64,000 nucleotides of DNA from NCBI RefSeq assembly GCF_963853765.1, contig NC_088855.1:19592001-19656000 (forward strand), written 5' to 3'. Position numbers and translations under genes: made by a program. Below are positions 37,697 to 50,560 of this stretch, in pieces. The notes beneath the pieces are model-generated. The model did no database searches and was not told where the DNA came from. It saw only the letters and a list, made by a program, of their open reading frames with translations. The stretch comes from Magallana gigas. Lineage: Eukaryota. Every line of letters begins with the position of its first letter. The first letter of the stretch is position 1.

Positions 37697-39449
37697 ATGA
37701 ATGGCGGTCACTTTAGGAGCCATGTTTGGGACCCAAAGCTGTTATGTTTACAAATAGTAGCCATGCAGTGTCAATTTTACTTCATGTTTGGGATGTGGAC
37801 GTACTTGATGGACATCATTGGACGGTTTGATGCGTCCATGGATCAGCTGTTTACCCAGACGGTAAGGGATGTAATAAAGCACATCTTAATGATGTATTAC
37901 ATAGCATGTATGACAACTGACAAGAAAACACAACAGCTTAACAGTTTCCCCAATTGTCATTACTATAACCCAATACACAGGTATTAACAAACTTTATTAG
38001 CCTGTGACCAGTTCTCGCTGAGTATCATTTCCCGCCAGTACATTGTGACGTCATTTTATCAACACATATTAATGAAAAATGATGTCACAATGTACTGGCG
38101 AGAAACAGTACTCGGCGAGAAGTAGCCGCAAGCCAGTACAGTAATTTTTATAATTTCCTCCTGGACAATATTTCTCTTTTCACTGAAATGAGGGTTACTG
38201 AAACCTAATTTCAGCAAGATTTGTTTAGGCTGAAAAATTTTGACTGACATCTCTTAGGAAATTTTTCAGTCTCGACAAATCTTGCTAAGATTAACTCAAA
38301 TAACCCTACATCATTACCATAAAAGGTTATAATAGTATTAAGGGTTACGATCCCTGAATCAATACCCAAGTTTCTTCTGATGCAAGGTTATATTCAGAGG
38401 TGCCTGATGTTGAAAATATTTCTTTTTATAATTCAGGGGTCTTCCTACTGTTTTTCAACTTGGTCCCCAGTCCGTAGAATTGGGAACATTGACGCGTAAA
38501 CTGATGAATTTGGGAAAATAATAAATTTTCTTTAAGAACTAATGGTTTCATTATTGTGCTCCAAAATATAAACAAAAGTGAACAAAATAGGTGGTTTGTT
38601 GCATTTCAATAATCAGCAAGCGAGGTTAAACAATTAATGATTCTAATGACATTTTTCTCTCTTTTTTTTTTTCTTTAAAAAAGTAAACAGCTCTTTCCAC
38701 TGGCAACATCTACGGGCACCTGATTGCGAAAAAAATCTTGAATTTGGAAATTATTGATGATTATTCAATTGGGAAAGGGTACAATAAAGGACCCAAAAAT
38801 AGGCTGCCAAGGAAAAACCCCTTAAATGTTTATTGGAATTTTTAATACATTTTTGCAGCATTGGGAACTGTACTGTATACATGTACCAGTAGCCCTTTTC
38901 ACAAAAAAACGTATCTAAGTAAAAAAAAAACCTCACTGTTTTCTGCTTTCATTTGATATTGCACTTGGCATGTATTTTCTTTAGTTATTTCATACCTACT
39001 AAAAGTTATTTATGTACCATTTTTTCTTTTAGGATCTTGATTTACTGGAAGATTCAGGAAGAGTTCAAGTGATTGCTTTCCTTTTAAATAGCCTTACAAG
39101 GTACAATGTGCTTTTCCCTTATAATGTGAATAACAACTCACTTCTTCATTCAAATATTGATGTTAACTGTAATTAACACTACACAATGTATTCTTTATTT
39201 TCCAGTGCTGTAGCTATATGGTATATTGTCCAAAGAGCTAAATTATGTCTGGACTTTGCAGTGACAACACATTTCTTACACTTTCTTGGATGTTGGATAT
39301 TCAATCGCCACATTCCACAAACACTCCCATGGTGGATTCTGAATGTGATAGGGTGTGCCATTATGACTGTGTGTGGAGAATTCTTGTGTATGAGGACAGA
39401 AATGAAGGCCATTCCACTCTCCATGGTAGGGGCCAAGGTGGATTTATAG
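37697..39449 (+). CDS. SYS1: Protein SYS1 homologue (Golgi membrane protein, ARFRP1 receptor), 158 aa
   Basis: Exons 37697-37861, 39033-39100, 39206-39449. Motifs FRSHVWDPKLLCLQIVAMQ, VQRAKLCLDF, P.TLPWW and GEFLCMRTEMKAIPL. Confidence 0.95.
37999..38133. repeat. Imperfect inverted repeat (about 59-bp arms), foldback element in SYS1 intron 1
   Basis: The left arm AGCCTGTGACCAGTTCTCGCTGAGTATCATTTCCCGCCAGTACATTGTGACGTCATTTT pairs with the right arm AAAATGATGTCACAATGTACTGGCGAGAAACAGTACTCGGCGAGAAGTAGCCGCAAGC. Confidence 0.85.
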
Positions 39450-41047
39450 AAATCAATAGCCCACAGAAGACAGACTTTAAAAAATTGTCTCTGAAGAATC
39501 TAGAGTCTTGGATTACCTTTTACTTTGTGTTTAAATCAAATGACTGGCTTTCAAATCGCACCATTAGAACAAATTCATCTTTTGTTCAATTGCAGAGCAA
39601 TTGACCACATTCACATCCTTTATAAATGTCCATGTTGTTATTATCATGTTCATACTGTACATGTACCAGTACATATCGCAATATGTACAAAAATTTAAAG
39701 AAAAGTGTATGATATGATAGAATCAACTGCATGTTGTACATCTTTTTAAAGAACTAAACATCAAACACTCCCTGTCTGTGTTTTTTGTACCAAAATGTCA
39801 TATATTTTAAAAATACTTGTATCTCTTAATAAAATGTACATACTTGTATATATCATATTCTTGTTCTCTAATTTTGTTTTATAGACCGTGGCATGCAGTC
39901 AATTGACAGTTTGTTTCTTGTGATCATGACATAACTTTCAGTCTTTTTTTATTGGCAAAAGGCAAACCAGTGGTGAAACTGTTCATATGAAAGACATTTA
40001 AAGTCTTGCCTGAATACATTTTACAGTGAGTGTTTATAGAATAGATGGAGAATTTATCATTGAATTGATTTTGAGGAGTTTTGGAAAACAATGATATGCT
40101 AGGTCCATTTTGTATCTGAACTGAGATCTTGGCCCTACTTACAGTCAGTGGGCTTGGAGACAATGAAGATCAGCAATATATATTTTAATTCATATTCTAA
40201 ATTCTTGTTGTTATAACCCTTGACCTGTTAAATTGGAACCCATGAACTTGAAAAAAGAATGTGTTTTATTCACTCTTATTGTATACGAGTACCTTTGAAG
40301 TGTTTTAATAAAAAATGCATTTTTACACCTGTGTTAAAAAACAAAAGCAGAAAAGTTTCCATATTAATAAAGTTATTGGACCTTGCTGAGAAACAGATGT
40401 TAAATGTTGACAAGTCTACAATAGTTGTTTGAAAACTTTGCATTTTTTAATGTTTTAGACACATTATTTTATAAACAACATATTTTTAATACATTATAGA
40501 CAGTACAGGACAACATCATGGCTTACAACAAGTGAAAACAAGAACATTATGCACATGTTAATAACCTTTATAATCTATATATCTACAATTATTATATATT
40601 TTATTACATTAATATTAAGCTCTTTTTAAAGTTTTATATGCATTGTACATAGATAAAACTGAGAAAAAGGTTTGCCGTACAAGTACACATACTTGCAGAA
40701 CATTTCAAATTACACATCACTAATGAAGATCCTAAGCCTGTTAAAAATCTGCTCAAATTTCCTAAATAAATGACCACTTCTCCAATACATGTCAGATATT
40801 ACATACATGTATAGGCTTTGGATCTTTTGCTTCAAAATTATTAAATAACTCTTCTTTTAAATAACAGGTGGGCATAAAATTCTACTCTACAATACCAGAA
40901 ATGCAAACAGAAGGTCAGTAGACAACATAACAATTGCAAATACTGTTTTCTATTTCTTCACTGAAGTGTCAGTTTGTAAATATCCCTTTTTTATGAATTA
41001 TATTAGTAAGAATGAAAACAAAAAGCAGAATGCAGCCGATACTGAAG

Positions 41048-44000
41048 TTAAAGCACAAGTTCCTCATATGAAGGTCCCTCAGTTTCACTACCGTCTCTTC
41101 GTAGTTTTAAATGTTCGACGGTATTCTGAAAATGCTTGTTGATCTGTTCCGTTTCTTCATTTGCTTCCAAATTAGGCAAAGTCTCTTTTATTTTAGCTAT
41201 CAGTTGGTTGAGGACTTGAATCGTAACCTGTAACAAAAAAAATTGTTTGTAATGAATAGATTCTGGTATTCTGTTCACCTGCATCTAAATCAATTTTTAA
41301 GAACACCATGTTCTACAATAAATCCCATACAATTCTTTAACAGATTGTTTATTTGACCTTTGGTTATACAATACAGTTGACCTTTGATATCTTGAAAACT
41401 GATATCTTGAATACAATGGATATGTCGAAGTGATTTGTAAGTCCAAACCACTTCTTTTTAAAGTATTTTAATATCATTATCTCGAAATAGGTTGAACGAG
41501 ATATCGTAGGTAAAAATTTTTTACCCACGATATCTCGTTCAATCAAGTTCGAGATAATGAAGTATGACTATTTAAAATGACAGTAAGAGGTAAAAGAACA
41601 GGTGCATATACATGCACATCATTCACAGGAGTGTGACGTTAAAAATAAAAATATTTCTTTTTATAATAAGATTATTCTCTGTACTATATGTTATTATCGG
41701 TATTATAGTACAGGGAATAATCTTATAAAGAAGAAATATTTTTTAACATCAGGTGCCTGTAACACGAGTAAAAAATTCTGTAAGGATTTCTCCTTGCAGT
41801 TGTTACAAATATCTTAATATAAAAAGGGAATGATGGGAGTGCAGAATTGTAAATATTAAGCATACTGATGAGTACCTGATCGTTGCCTTTCTCATAGTAG
41901 TATATATAGTGATTGAGAAGTTCCACAAATAACTGCACTTGTACTGAACTGTCCATACACTGGTTAGCTATCTTCACTCCCTTCTTCAAGCAGTCGGACA
42001 CTCGTTTACTATCCTGGAGCTTTGTGTGATAAAAGAAATAGTAAGGATATATGTGTAACAGCCACAGAAAAACACCGCGCAGTTAAAGTTTTTTTTAAAC
42101 CTTGCTATAAATATCAATTGTAAACTTTGTAAATAATGTATATTAATAAAATGAATTAAAAAATTGTGATAATTGGAGATGTAAAAATTCTAATACTTGC
42201 ACATAAATTTTAAAAACAATTTATAAAATCTCTGAGTTATTTTACAAAAATAACAAGAATAGAATTCCAGGGTCCCCCGCCGGTCAAGCAGTATACTAGT
42301 ATCGAGTCTATCGACCAAGGCTGATTTAGGAACTTGACCAAGGTATTAGTGATATAAACATTTGGTATAAATTTAATGAAAATCCGTAAAAATTTGTAGG
42401 CATGAGCGCGCTTACAAGGTCAATTTTTGGAAAAAAACGGAGTCATTATTGTGGTCAAAGTCCCATAACTCCAACAAAAAGTATCGACCAATGCTGATTT
42501 TCGAACTTGACCAAAGTATTAGTGGTATAATCATTTGGTATAAATTTAATAAAAATCTGTCAAAATGTGTAGGCATGAGAGCGCTTACAAGGTCAATTTT
42601 TGGATAAAACTGAGTCATTATTGTGGTCAAAGTCCCATAACGCCAACAAAAAGTATCGACTAACGCTGATTTTCGAACTTAACCAAGGTATTAGTGGTAT
42701 AAACATTTGGTATAAATTTAATGAAAATCCGTCAAAATTTGTAGGCATGAGAGCGCTTACAAGGTCAATTTTTGGATAAAACGGAGTCATGATTGTGGTC
42801 AAAGTCCCATAACGCCATCAAAAAGTATCGACTAATGCTGATTTTCAAACTTGACCAAGGTAATAGTGGTATAAACATTTGGTATAAATTTAATGAAAAT
42901 CTGTCAAAATTTGTAGGCATGAGAGCGCTTACAAGGTCAATTTTTGGATAAAACGGAGTCATTATTGTAGTCAAAGTCCCATAACTCCAACAAAAAGTAT
43001 CAACCAATGCTGATTTTCGAACTTGACCAAGGTAATAGTGCTATAAACATTTGGTATAAATTTAATGAAAATCCGTCAAAATTTGTAGGCATGAGAGCGC
43101 TTACAAAAAAGTGTGACGCACGGACGCACGGACCCACGGACGGACGGACGCCCGGCATTTCCATGTCCCCGCTCCGCGTTGCGGCGGGGGACAAAAAATC
43201 TTTGATGACTTACCTCCCCTTCCTGTGATGCGGACCTTCCTGACCAGAAGAGATGTGAGCATGTGCAGACTCCTCGACATTGGTCTGGTTTCTTGAGGAG
43301 TTTGGAGGCAGCCAGGGCACACTGAGTTCGAAGAGGTTCGTGGTTCTCATCTCCAAAGCAACTCATTTGTTCAAGCGTGCCGATAATAAGCGTAATGGCT
43401 GCAAGCTGGGCTTTGCTATCACTGATCTCATCTTCGTAGAGTGAAAATGCCTGCAACGCAAGTTTTACTCTTTAATTTTTTTTTAAACAAAAGTTACTGA
43501 TATTTTCAAAAGCAACGCTCATTAGCACTTACATTCATTAGAAAAAATAATGCAATTATTTTATCGCACCGCATTAAAAGCTTTCCTTCTGAAGCTCCAA
43601 TAGTAAATTGAAATGTATTTTTTAAAATAGGAGTTTCCTCACAAGTGTAATTTTTAATTAATACCTGTGACATGAATTCGTAGGCTACAGTTTCATGGTT
43701 TTCAAATTCGATTTCTCCAGCCGTCAATGCTCCCTGCAGGAAAAGTCGAAGTGGCATCTCTGCCATGTCGGCCTTGATCAAAGCTCCTACCGTCTGATGG
43801 CAGAACTGGAATATCTTCTGGCATTTCTTCTCCCAGTTTTCATCCTATGAAAAAGTAAATTAAAAATTAAGGATACAAGTATTTCTGTGTAACTTGTTAA
43901 TTTTTTCTTACTAATGGTATGTTTTACACTGAAATTAATTGAAGAGCATTATGTTTTGAATCACCTCTTCTTTGGCTTCTTTGTATCTCATTGCTAGTCT

Positions 44001-47000
44001 GTATGCAGCAAACACAATAGGGGGAAGCGTGAACTTAATTCTTTTATCTCCACCACCCCCAAAATGTTTTCTGGCTGTATTCAATATCTACAAAAAGTAA
44101 ATAATGTTCGAAAAAATTAACTTTTTCATAATCATTTAAGACAAAACAATCAAAAATAAAATTTTTGCATTTTAATACTCCTTAAAACTTTACAACCTGT
44201 TCTTATGAGGCAAAAATTCAAACAATGAACCCATGACTTGAACGAAGAGTCACTGTCATGTTTTGCATTATCCAACCACTACATTACAATAAACCAATCA
44301 ATTGACAGACAGTTCACATCCCTGTGAACCTGATTATATACCAAACCAAACTTACATGTACATGTATCAGTTATACTATCAATACACATGCCTACTCGTG
44401 CATACTGGGGGCAGCATAGCGAACCATATCAACTCTTACCAGATATTGCTGATTTGGATCCTCCGCTTGGAGTAGGTGGATGAACCTTCCCATGAGCACC
44501 TGCTCCTCGGCGAAGTCCTCCGGGTCATCGGGTTCCGCCGGCTGGTCACTCTGGTCTTGTACAAGGACGTTCACAATGTTCAAAATGTTATCCACCTTCA
44601 ATGATATGTGCACAGATATAATACAAGAAATACAGAATAAGAAAATGAATTGACTTTGTCAAGTGATCACATTCAATGCCTACATGCATGCTTCAGTCAA
44701 ACTCATTCAATGCTTTTTTTTCTGATTATTTACACATACAGATGTATGTATAGTAGCTTATGTTTGAAGATTTAAAGTGGTAGGTACAGAATGTTGTTTT
44801 TTTTTTCAGAACAAGAATGCTTTCCTTATTTAGGCCTATGGGTAATTTACAAGTATGTATATAGAAAATAAAGACACTATAAAAACTAGAAAATTTTAGC
44901 AAAATTGATAATTATCAAAACTTTCCCATGTACCTGATCTTGAGTTGGTATACGGGTATCGTTTTCCAACACATTATTGATGAGATAGGAACACATGAGT
45001 TTTCTGCTCTGGTAGTCAAAGTAGTCAAAGATGGGACCAAAGTGTGACAGTTCCAGCACAGTAAGAATGTTGTTGTATGAGTCAACCGGAATCTTCATCA
45101 GCCGCATCAGCTCCTTCGACACGGGACTGCCGTATTCCAGGCTGCAAGAAGAGCTACACAAATCGAATCAACATGTTAAAACTTCATTGCATTGGTTTGG
45201 GTTTTTTCTACAGTAAAAACTCACTAGAAATCAAACATTGTGTACAGTTAAAACCATCACCTCTTTACCTTTAATCAAATCTTAAGCACAGATGTTTGGT
45301 CTCATTTTACGAGAATTATACCAGTAGATAATAAGATGTTACATGCATTTTAACAGTTTATGATTTTTTTTCTGTTTTTTTTTTTTTTGCAAAATACAGT
45401 GTCATCAAGGATTTCCCAATCTAAAAAACATTATTCGCATTCAATTATTTGATCATCAATTACGCTGTTTGTTACTACCAAATTAAAAACTTGTAAATTG
45501 CTACTGGATTCAAATAAGGATTTTATAAATTATTCTATACATACTGGTCCAGATTCAGCCTGTTGAAGATGTCCTCTGTAGTTTCCAACACTTTGTCCAC
45601 AAAGTCTACTTTGTCTGGGTAACATTTCAACGCCAGATTTATCAGCGCCACCTGCAGGGCCACTATATCCTCTGGGGGCATGTCTGGGCGATTCTGTGTC
45701 ATACAAAAATGATGCATGGATTGAAAATTGTACAAAACAAGATATTTTTCAGATGGGGGTTGGTGGGCAAGGGACGGATTGTTAAGGGCTGGTAGATAAA
45801 AGGACATACAGGTACACATTAGCAACACATTGGTATTATTTCTACAAATTAAATCAAATCTTTTTTCAAGAAATGTTGTGTTGGTTAAACGTGCAATAAT
45901 TTACATGAAACTGTCTCCTAGTGTCTTAAGTGTATATCTCAAGTGGAAATTTCAATGACTGTATTACACGTACATGCACCATGTAAAATCCATGAAAGTT
46001 GGTCAAAGAACACTTTGGAAAAATAGGGTTCTACAGTGTATGCACCAATATTACCTGAATCACTTGAGATATTTGGTCTGAGAAAATATCAAACAGCTGG
46101 ATCTCTGGGGGAATCCCTGATCCTTCTTCATTCTGTGCAAACTGTGCAAGTCTGTCAAACAGATATATGTGTAGAAATAGGACTGATTTTCTAAATGACT
46201 TTGTATTCATAAAACTGATTTATTATCATCTCACATCCAAACAGTCATTTTAATTCTAGTAAAGTTCAATTTATTCTAAAACAAAAATCTTTTTTCATAC
46301 CTGTCCACCAGAGCTATAATGATATTCTTCACATTGACGCTTTCATGAAGTTCGGCACACGCTTTGAGGAAAGGATTCAGAGTTTGTAGATGAAAATCAT
46401 CTGGGAAAACCTATGTAAAAGAGCAATCGCATAAATTAAACCTAATATCCATAGCATTGACACAAAATATAAACTCAAACTGACATTTGAAAAGAAAAAA
46501 AAAAGAACCTCGATCTTATTTTATCCTAAACAATTTCATTAACAGTTTCATAAATGCAAAAATAACCATTTAAGAAAATTTGATTTCACTCGTACGGTAA
46601 ATAGAAAGTATTCATCGAATAAAACTGTATATATTCATGTACCTGGATGATACACTCCATCAGGTATTCCTGTGCTATGGGGTCTCTACACGAAACCACT
46701 TGTTCTAACACAGCCGGCAAAACCACCTGTCATAAAAATAAAAGAGAGCAGTTGCAGATTTGAAGGCGGTCTTGAAATGGTTAAACAGTTCTTCATTTAA
46801 CAGACATATTTAATTCAACATAAATAGTCTTTGTAAGGGGGATATTAAAAAGTGTAGCATTGTGAAGATGCACTGATTCCTTGTTTATCTACCTGTGTAA
46901 GATGTTTTATTTTGATAATTAATAGTCAATGATTCTTCTTGGGCTTTAAAATATCAGTCTATTAAATAAACATTATTGTGCGGTGAAATTTTATAAATGA

Positions 47001-49722
47001 AGTATCAGAGTAACTTCAAAAATAATTTTCAAATTAAATATCATTATCATTCACAAGATTTCAAGTAATAAATCATTACATAAATATTTATATGGATGCC
47101 TGACCTTTTTGTACTTTTCCATGTCAATACATTCCAGCTGACTCAGCCGAACAAGATTAGTTCCGACCAAGATCCTGAGTTCTCGCCTCTCCTGCTCTCG
47201 CTTATTGCGATCTCGAGTGTGACCTTGATGCTGCATTCTGACCCAGAGTTTGTTCATCTCGGAAAAGTTCAGTAAGATGAAGTCAATGGAATCCATCACT
47301 GTTCCATACTCGTAGTCGTTTCTACAATACAAAAGTACATTCTCTAATCTAGAACTTGTAAATAAAATGTACCAGACATTGGATTTTGAGAAATCATTCA
47401 ACTTTGCTGGGGTGATTTTTATTGTTGATTCACTTTTATTAACACCAAATCCATCAAAACAGAATCTTCCCAACTACTAATGATTCCATTTTTCTAATAT
47501 TGGGTGAAATGAACACGTTTTAGGACCTCCCTCCTCCCCATTCCAACACACTTACGTGGCTAGCTCCTCCTCAGTGTCTGGCAGAACATTCTTTGTACAG
47601 GTCAGGAGGTAATTCCTCAGAAAGAGGCCCCTTAAGGGGTGCTGCACTCCTCGACACATCTCCACCAAGTCTTTCAGGATGTCTTTCCGTGAGAGTTCGT
47701 TTGATTTGATGTAGACCACTCCCACAGTGATTAACAGGTAACTAACGAGATAAACACAGGTAAAATTATCATGTAAGCCCAAACATTAATAATTTGGTAT
47801 ATCCTTATTTCTAATAGGACATATTATTCAAAGTATGCTTAAAAAGATGCTACATCAAAAATTGGCATCTATGAATACAGTGAGTATTTCAGATATTGAC
47901 TTAGGTTTTTAGGATAGTAAATATGTTAAACAAACCGGAACAACAAAGGTTGAAATTACTAGTGTAATACGTACATAAAAGTTCATGTATCATTCATGTA
48001 TGATTAATACAAGATTTTAAAGGGGAAAAAAACCCAGACTCATATTTTTAAGTCCAGTGTAAGAAAGTATAAGTTTTAATTTCAAAATCATGATAAAATA
48101 GTGCAGAAAAATTATGCACATACAACAATATGAATCAATGGCATTGTTTATACTCACAGCCTGGGAACTATGTTTCCTGCATACTGTACAAGTTCATAAA
48201 GGTCAGCAACTTTTCTTCCTTTTTGAAATTCATCACAGAGGTACAACTCCAAATGCCTCAATTCATCAGAAATAGCCATATCTTGTCAGAGTTAAAGAAT
48301 GCCAGAGCACATAATGTACATAGAAGAACCAACTGAACAAAGCGTGATATCATAGTTTCCATTCCGAAAGTAAAGCTGACAGCATGTACAAAAATCCTAA
48401 TATGAAAACATGTTTTTATGCAATCTATCCAGAGGTTTAGATCATCTTCCCTTGCCAAGAGTAAAAATCTGCTCATATTTTGTTCTTTCTTGAAAGAAAT
48501 GAGAATATTTTCTGCAAATTATCCAGCATGGATGAGTGTAGCAAAATACAATGAACTTCAGAAATTGTTAAATGATACCTTGGTAATTCAATTCATATAA
48601 TAATTCAATAAAATTCCAGAAATAAATCAAGACAAGGATACACAATTCATAGTAGCTCTTTGGGGACAGGAGTGATGTTCTCAGTTCTCCTAGCATTGTT
48701 GATGCATGCTTTAAACCATCCATTAGTTTTCCTTTGTCCTGCACAAAAGATCGTAAACAGACTTTCACAATGTATAACATAATAATACAGTTCAACCCCC
48801 CCAACAACAACAACAATTCACATCTTGAAATGATATGCACATGAAGTGACTTTTAATTTATCATAAAATTTTCTGATTTTTATCAAAACAAGATGACTTT
48901 TTTTCCAAAAGCCTTTTCAAGTGTTCAGAGAAACCTAAGACTTGTACATTCCAAGTCTCTTTCTTCAAGGTATCACATACCAGGCATCTCTTCATCTGGA
49001 AGGACTGGTTCTTGACTATACTGATTCCCTCCTCCAACAACTTCTCCTGCTCCTCCTGGGGGGATAACTGAGGTGTGGAAGGCTAAAAGAGAAAAAATAT
49101 AATACATGTAGGAAAGCAGGCAGTATAACCACAGGGGCTCGTCACAAAGTTTTTTAACCTTTTATATCTACCACCTCAATACAATAATAGAGGTGGTAGA
49201 TATAAATGGTTGAAAATTAAACTTTGTGACGAGCCCCTGTGGTATAACCATTTAGGAATGAATCAACTTAAAGTTCTTTGCCAGGGATGCTGATGCAGTG
49301 GTCAACTTAGTGCGTAAATTTTTGCTTGGTCTATAAATCCTAGGTCATCAAATGCAAATTTTAAGTGCTCTGGGGTACTTGTGCGTCACTCTTGTTTTAT
49401 GGATATATAAAATCATGGCAAGTTGCATGTTCTAAACGCATTTAAAATCCCTTTCTCAATGACAGATACAGTACATGTATTTGTATCATTTATTATTTCA
49501 TCTATTCAAATGGTGTATCAAATTTAAAAGAAATTTTAACATAAATTCCACAAAGCCAAACATAAAAACTAATACTGCAGTAGAAAAAAAGAAGGTGGTG
49601 TTTTTAAATCAGATCTAAGAAAATACATATTTTATTGATTAATTGATATCTTTTACAATGCTTGGTAAAATCTTCTACTTAGTTAACACTATGGATTTCA
49701 TTGTCAATACTTTCCTTACCAT
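41048..49722 (-). CDS. VPS35: Vacuolar protein sorting-associated protein 35 (retromer), about 798 aa
   Basis: 17 exons: 49722-49720 (ATG only), 49082-48981, 48738-48642, 48281-48158, 47741-47556, 47321-47105, 46726-46643, 46410-46301, 46151-46055, 45693-45545, 45141-44934, 44595-44440, 44087-43965, 43844-43665, 43450-43214, 42019-41876, 41227-41048. Motifs [38 protein letters not shown] and [19 protein letters not shown]. Confidence 0.97.
41372..41571. mobile_element. Degenerate MITE in the last VPS35 intron
   Basis: Begins TACAGTTGAC; internal GATATCTTGA / TCGAGATA inverted motifs; the right TIR is eroded. Confidence 0.5.
42252..43198 (-). mobile_element. Non-autonomous Helentron/Pearl-like element with about 4.5 tandem 172-bp cores, VPS35 intron 15
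   Basis: Left end AACAAGA plus the subterminal GTCCCCCGCC (42272-81), inverted at 43183-92 (GGCGGGGGAC). Core anchors at 42330, 42503, 42675, 42847 and 43019. (ACGG)n tract at about 43115-43150 and a terminal hairpin. Confidence 0.9.
49129..49242. mobile_element. 114-bp near-perfect foldback MITE with a TATAA direct repeat on both sides, VPS35 intron 1
   Basis: CCACAGGGGCTCGTCACAAAGTTT...ATATCTACCACCTC pairs with GAGGTGGTAGATAT...AAACTTTGTGACGAGCCCCTGTGG; TATAA at 49124-28 and 49243-47. Confidence 0.85.
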
Positions 49723-50400
49723 TTTTGGAACTTTATTAAATTAAGTTAAGCCGTAAACAAGGTCCAAAGGAGAGTTTGCCACGCTTTTGCTTTCCTTTCC
49801 TTCCTTTTCAGACACCCACCATGTTTTGGTCATGTGACCTATACAATAGGTATACAGGCGGATTCGCCCCCCTGTATTTTCATGCACTCAGTACTTCCGT
49901 TCCATTTAGTATTTTGAATAAATTGATTTGTCTTATCAGACAGAAGCTTATTAATTGAGAATTCAAACTCATGTTACATCAAACCTTGAAATAAACGTGT
50001 TTTAGCGGCAGATTATATCATTTTTAATTTACGTAAAAAAGAATGTCATCCGTTCAGCTGAATTCAACTGGATCACCTTATCAAATTAGTTGGGGGACTT
50101 CATATACAGCGTGAACACTGTCGGTACAGTTATGACATGCTCAACTTTTGTTTTTCATGTAGAATTGATCAAGATGCATTTTTGTTATAAACCCCTGAAT
50201 GCATTTGCCTATTAAATTGCACGTTTTTCCAACATGTATTTTTAAAATATTTTTTCCCTTTACCTATATGGTTTACATTGGTCATTGATTTACAAGAATA
50301 TAGAAACTAGTTTCTTTTTCACTCTATACGCACCTTGTACCGAATAATTTGTTTCTGCTTTGTTTCCTTCTAAAAACCATACCTTCAGTGTCTCTAGAAA

Positions 50401-50560
50401 NNNNNNNNNNNNNNNNNNNNNNNNNNNNNNNNNNNNNNNNNNNNNNNNNNNNNNNNNNNNNNNNNNNNNNNNNNNNNNNNNNNNNNNNNNNNNNNNNNNN
50501 NNNNNNNNNNNNNNNNNNNNNNNNNNNNNNNNNNNNNNNNNNNNNNNNNNNNNNNNNNNN
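50401..50560. other. Assembly gap (160 N)
   Basis: Run of N. Confidence 1.

Noticed and set aside
42412-43322. Repeated ORFs [21 protein letters not shown]
   Set aside because: They are translations of the 172-bp core of the intronic element.
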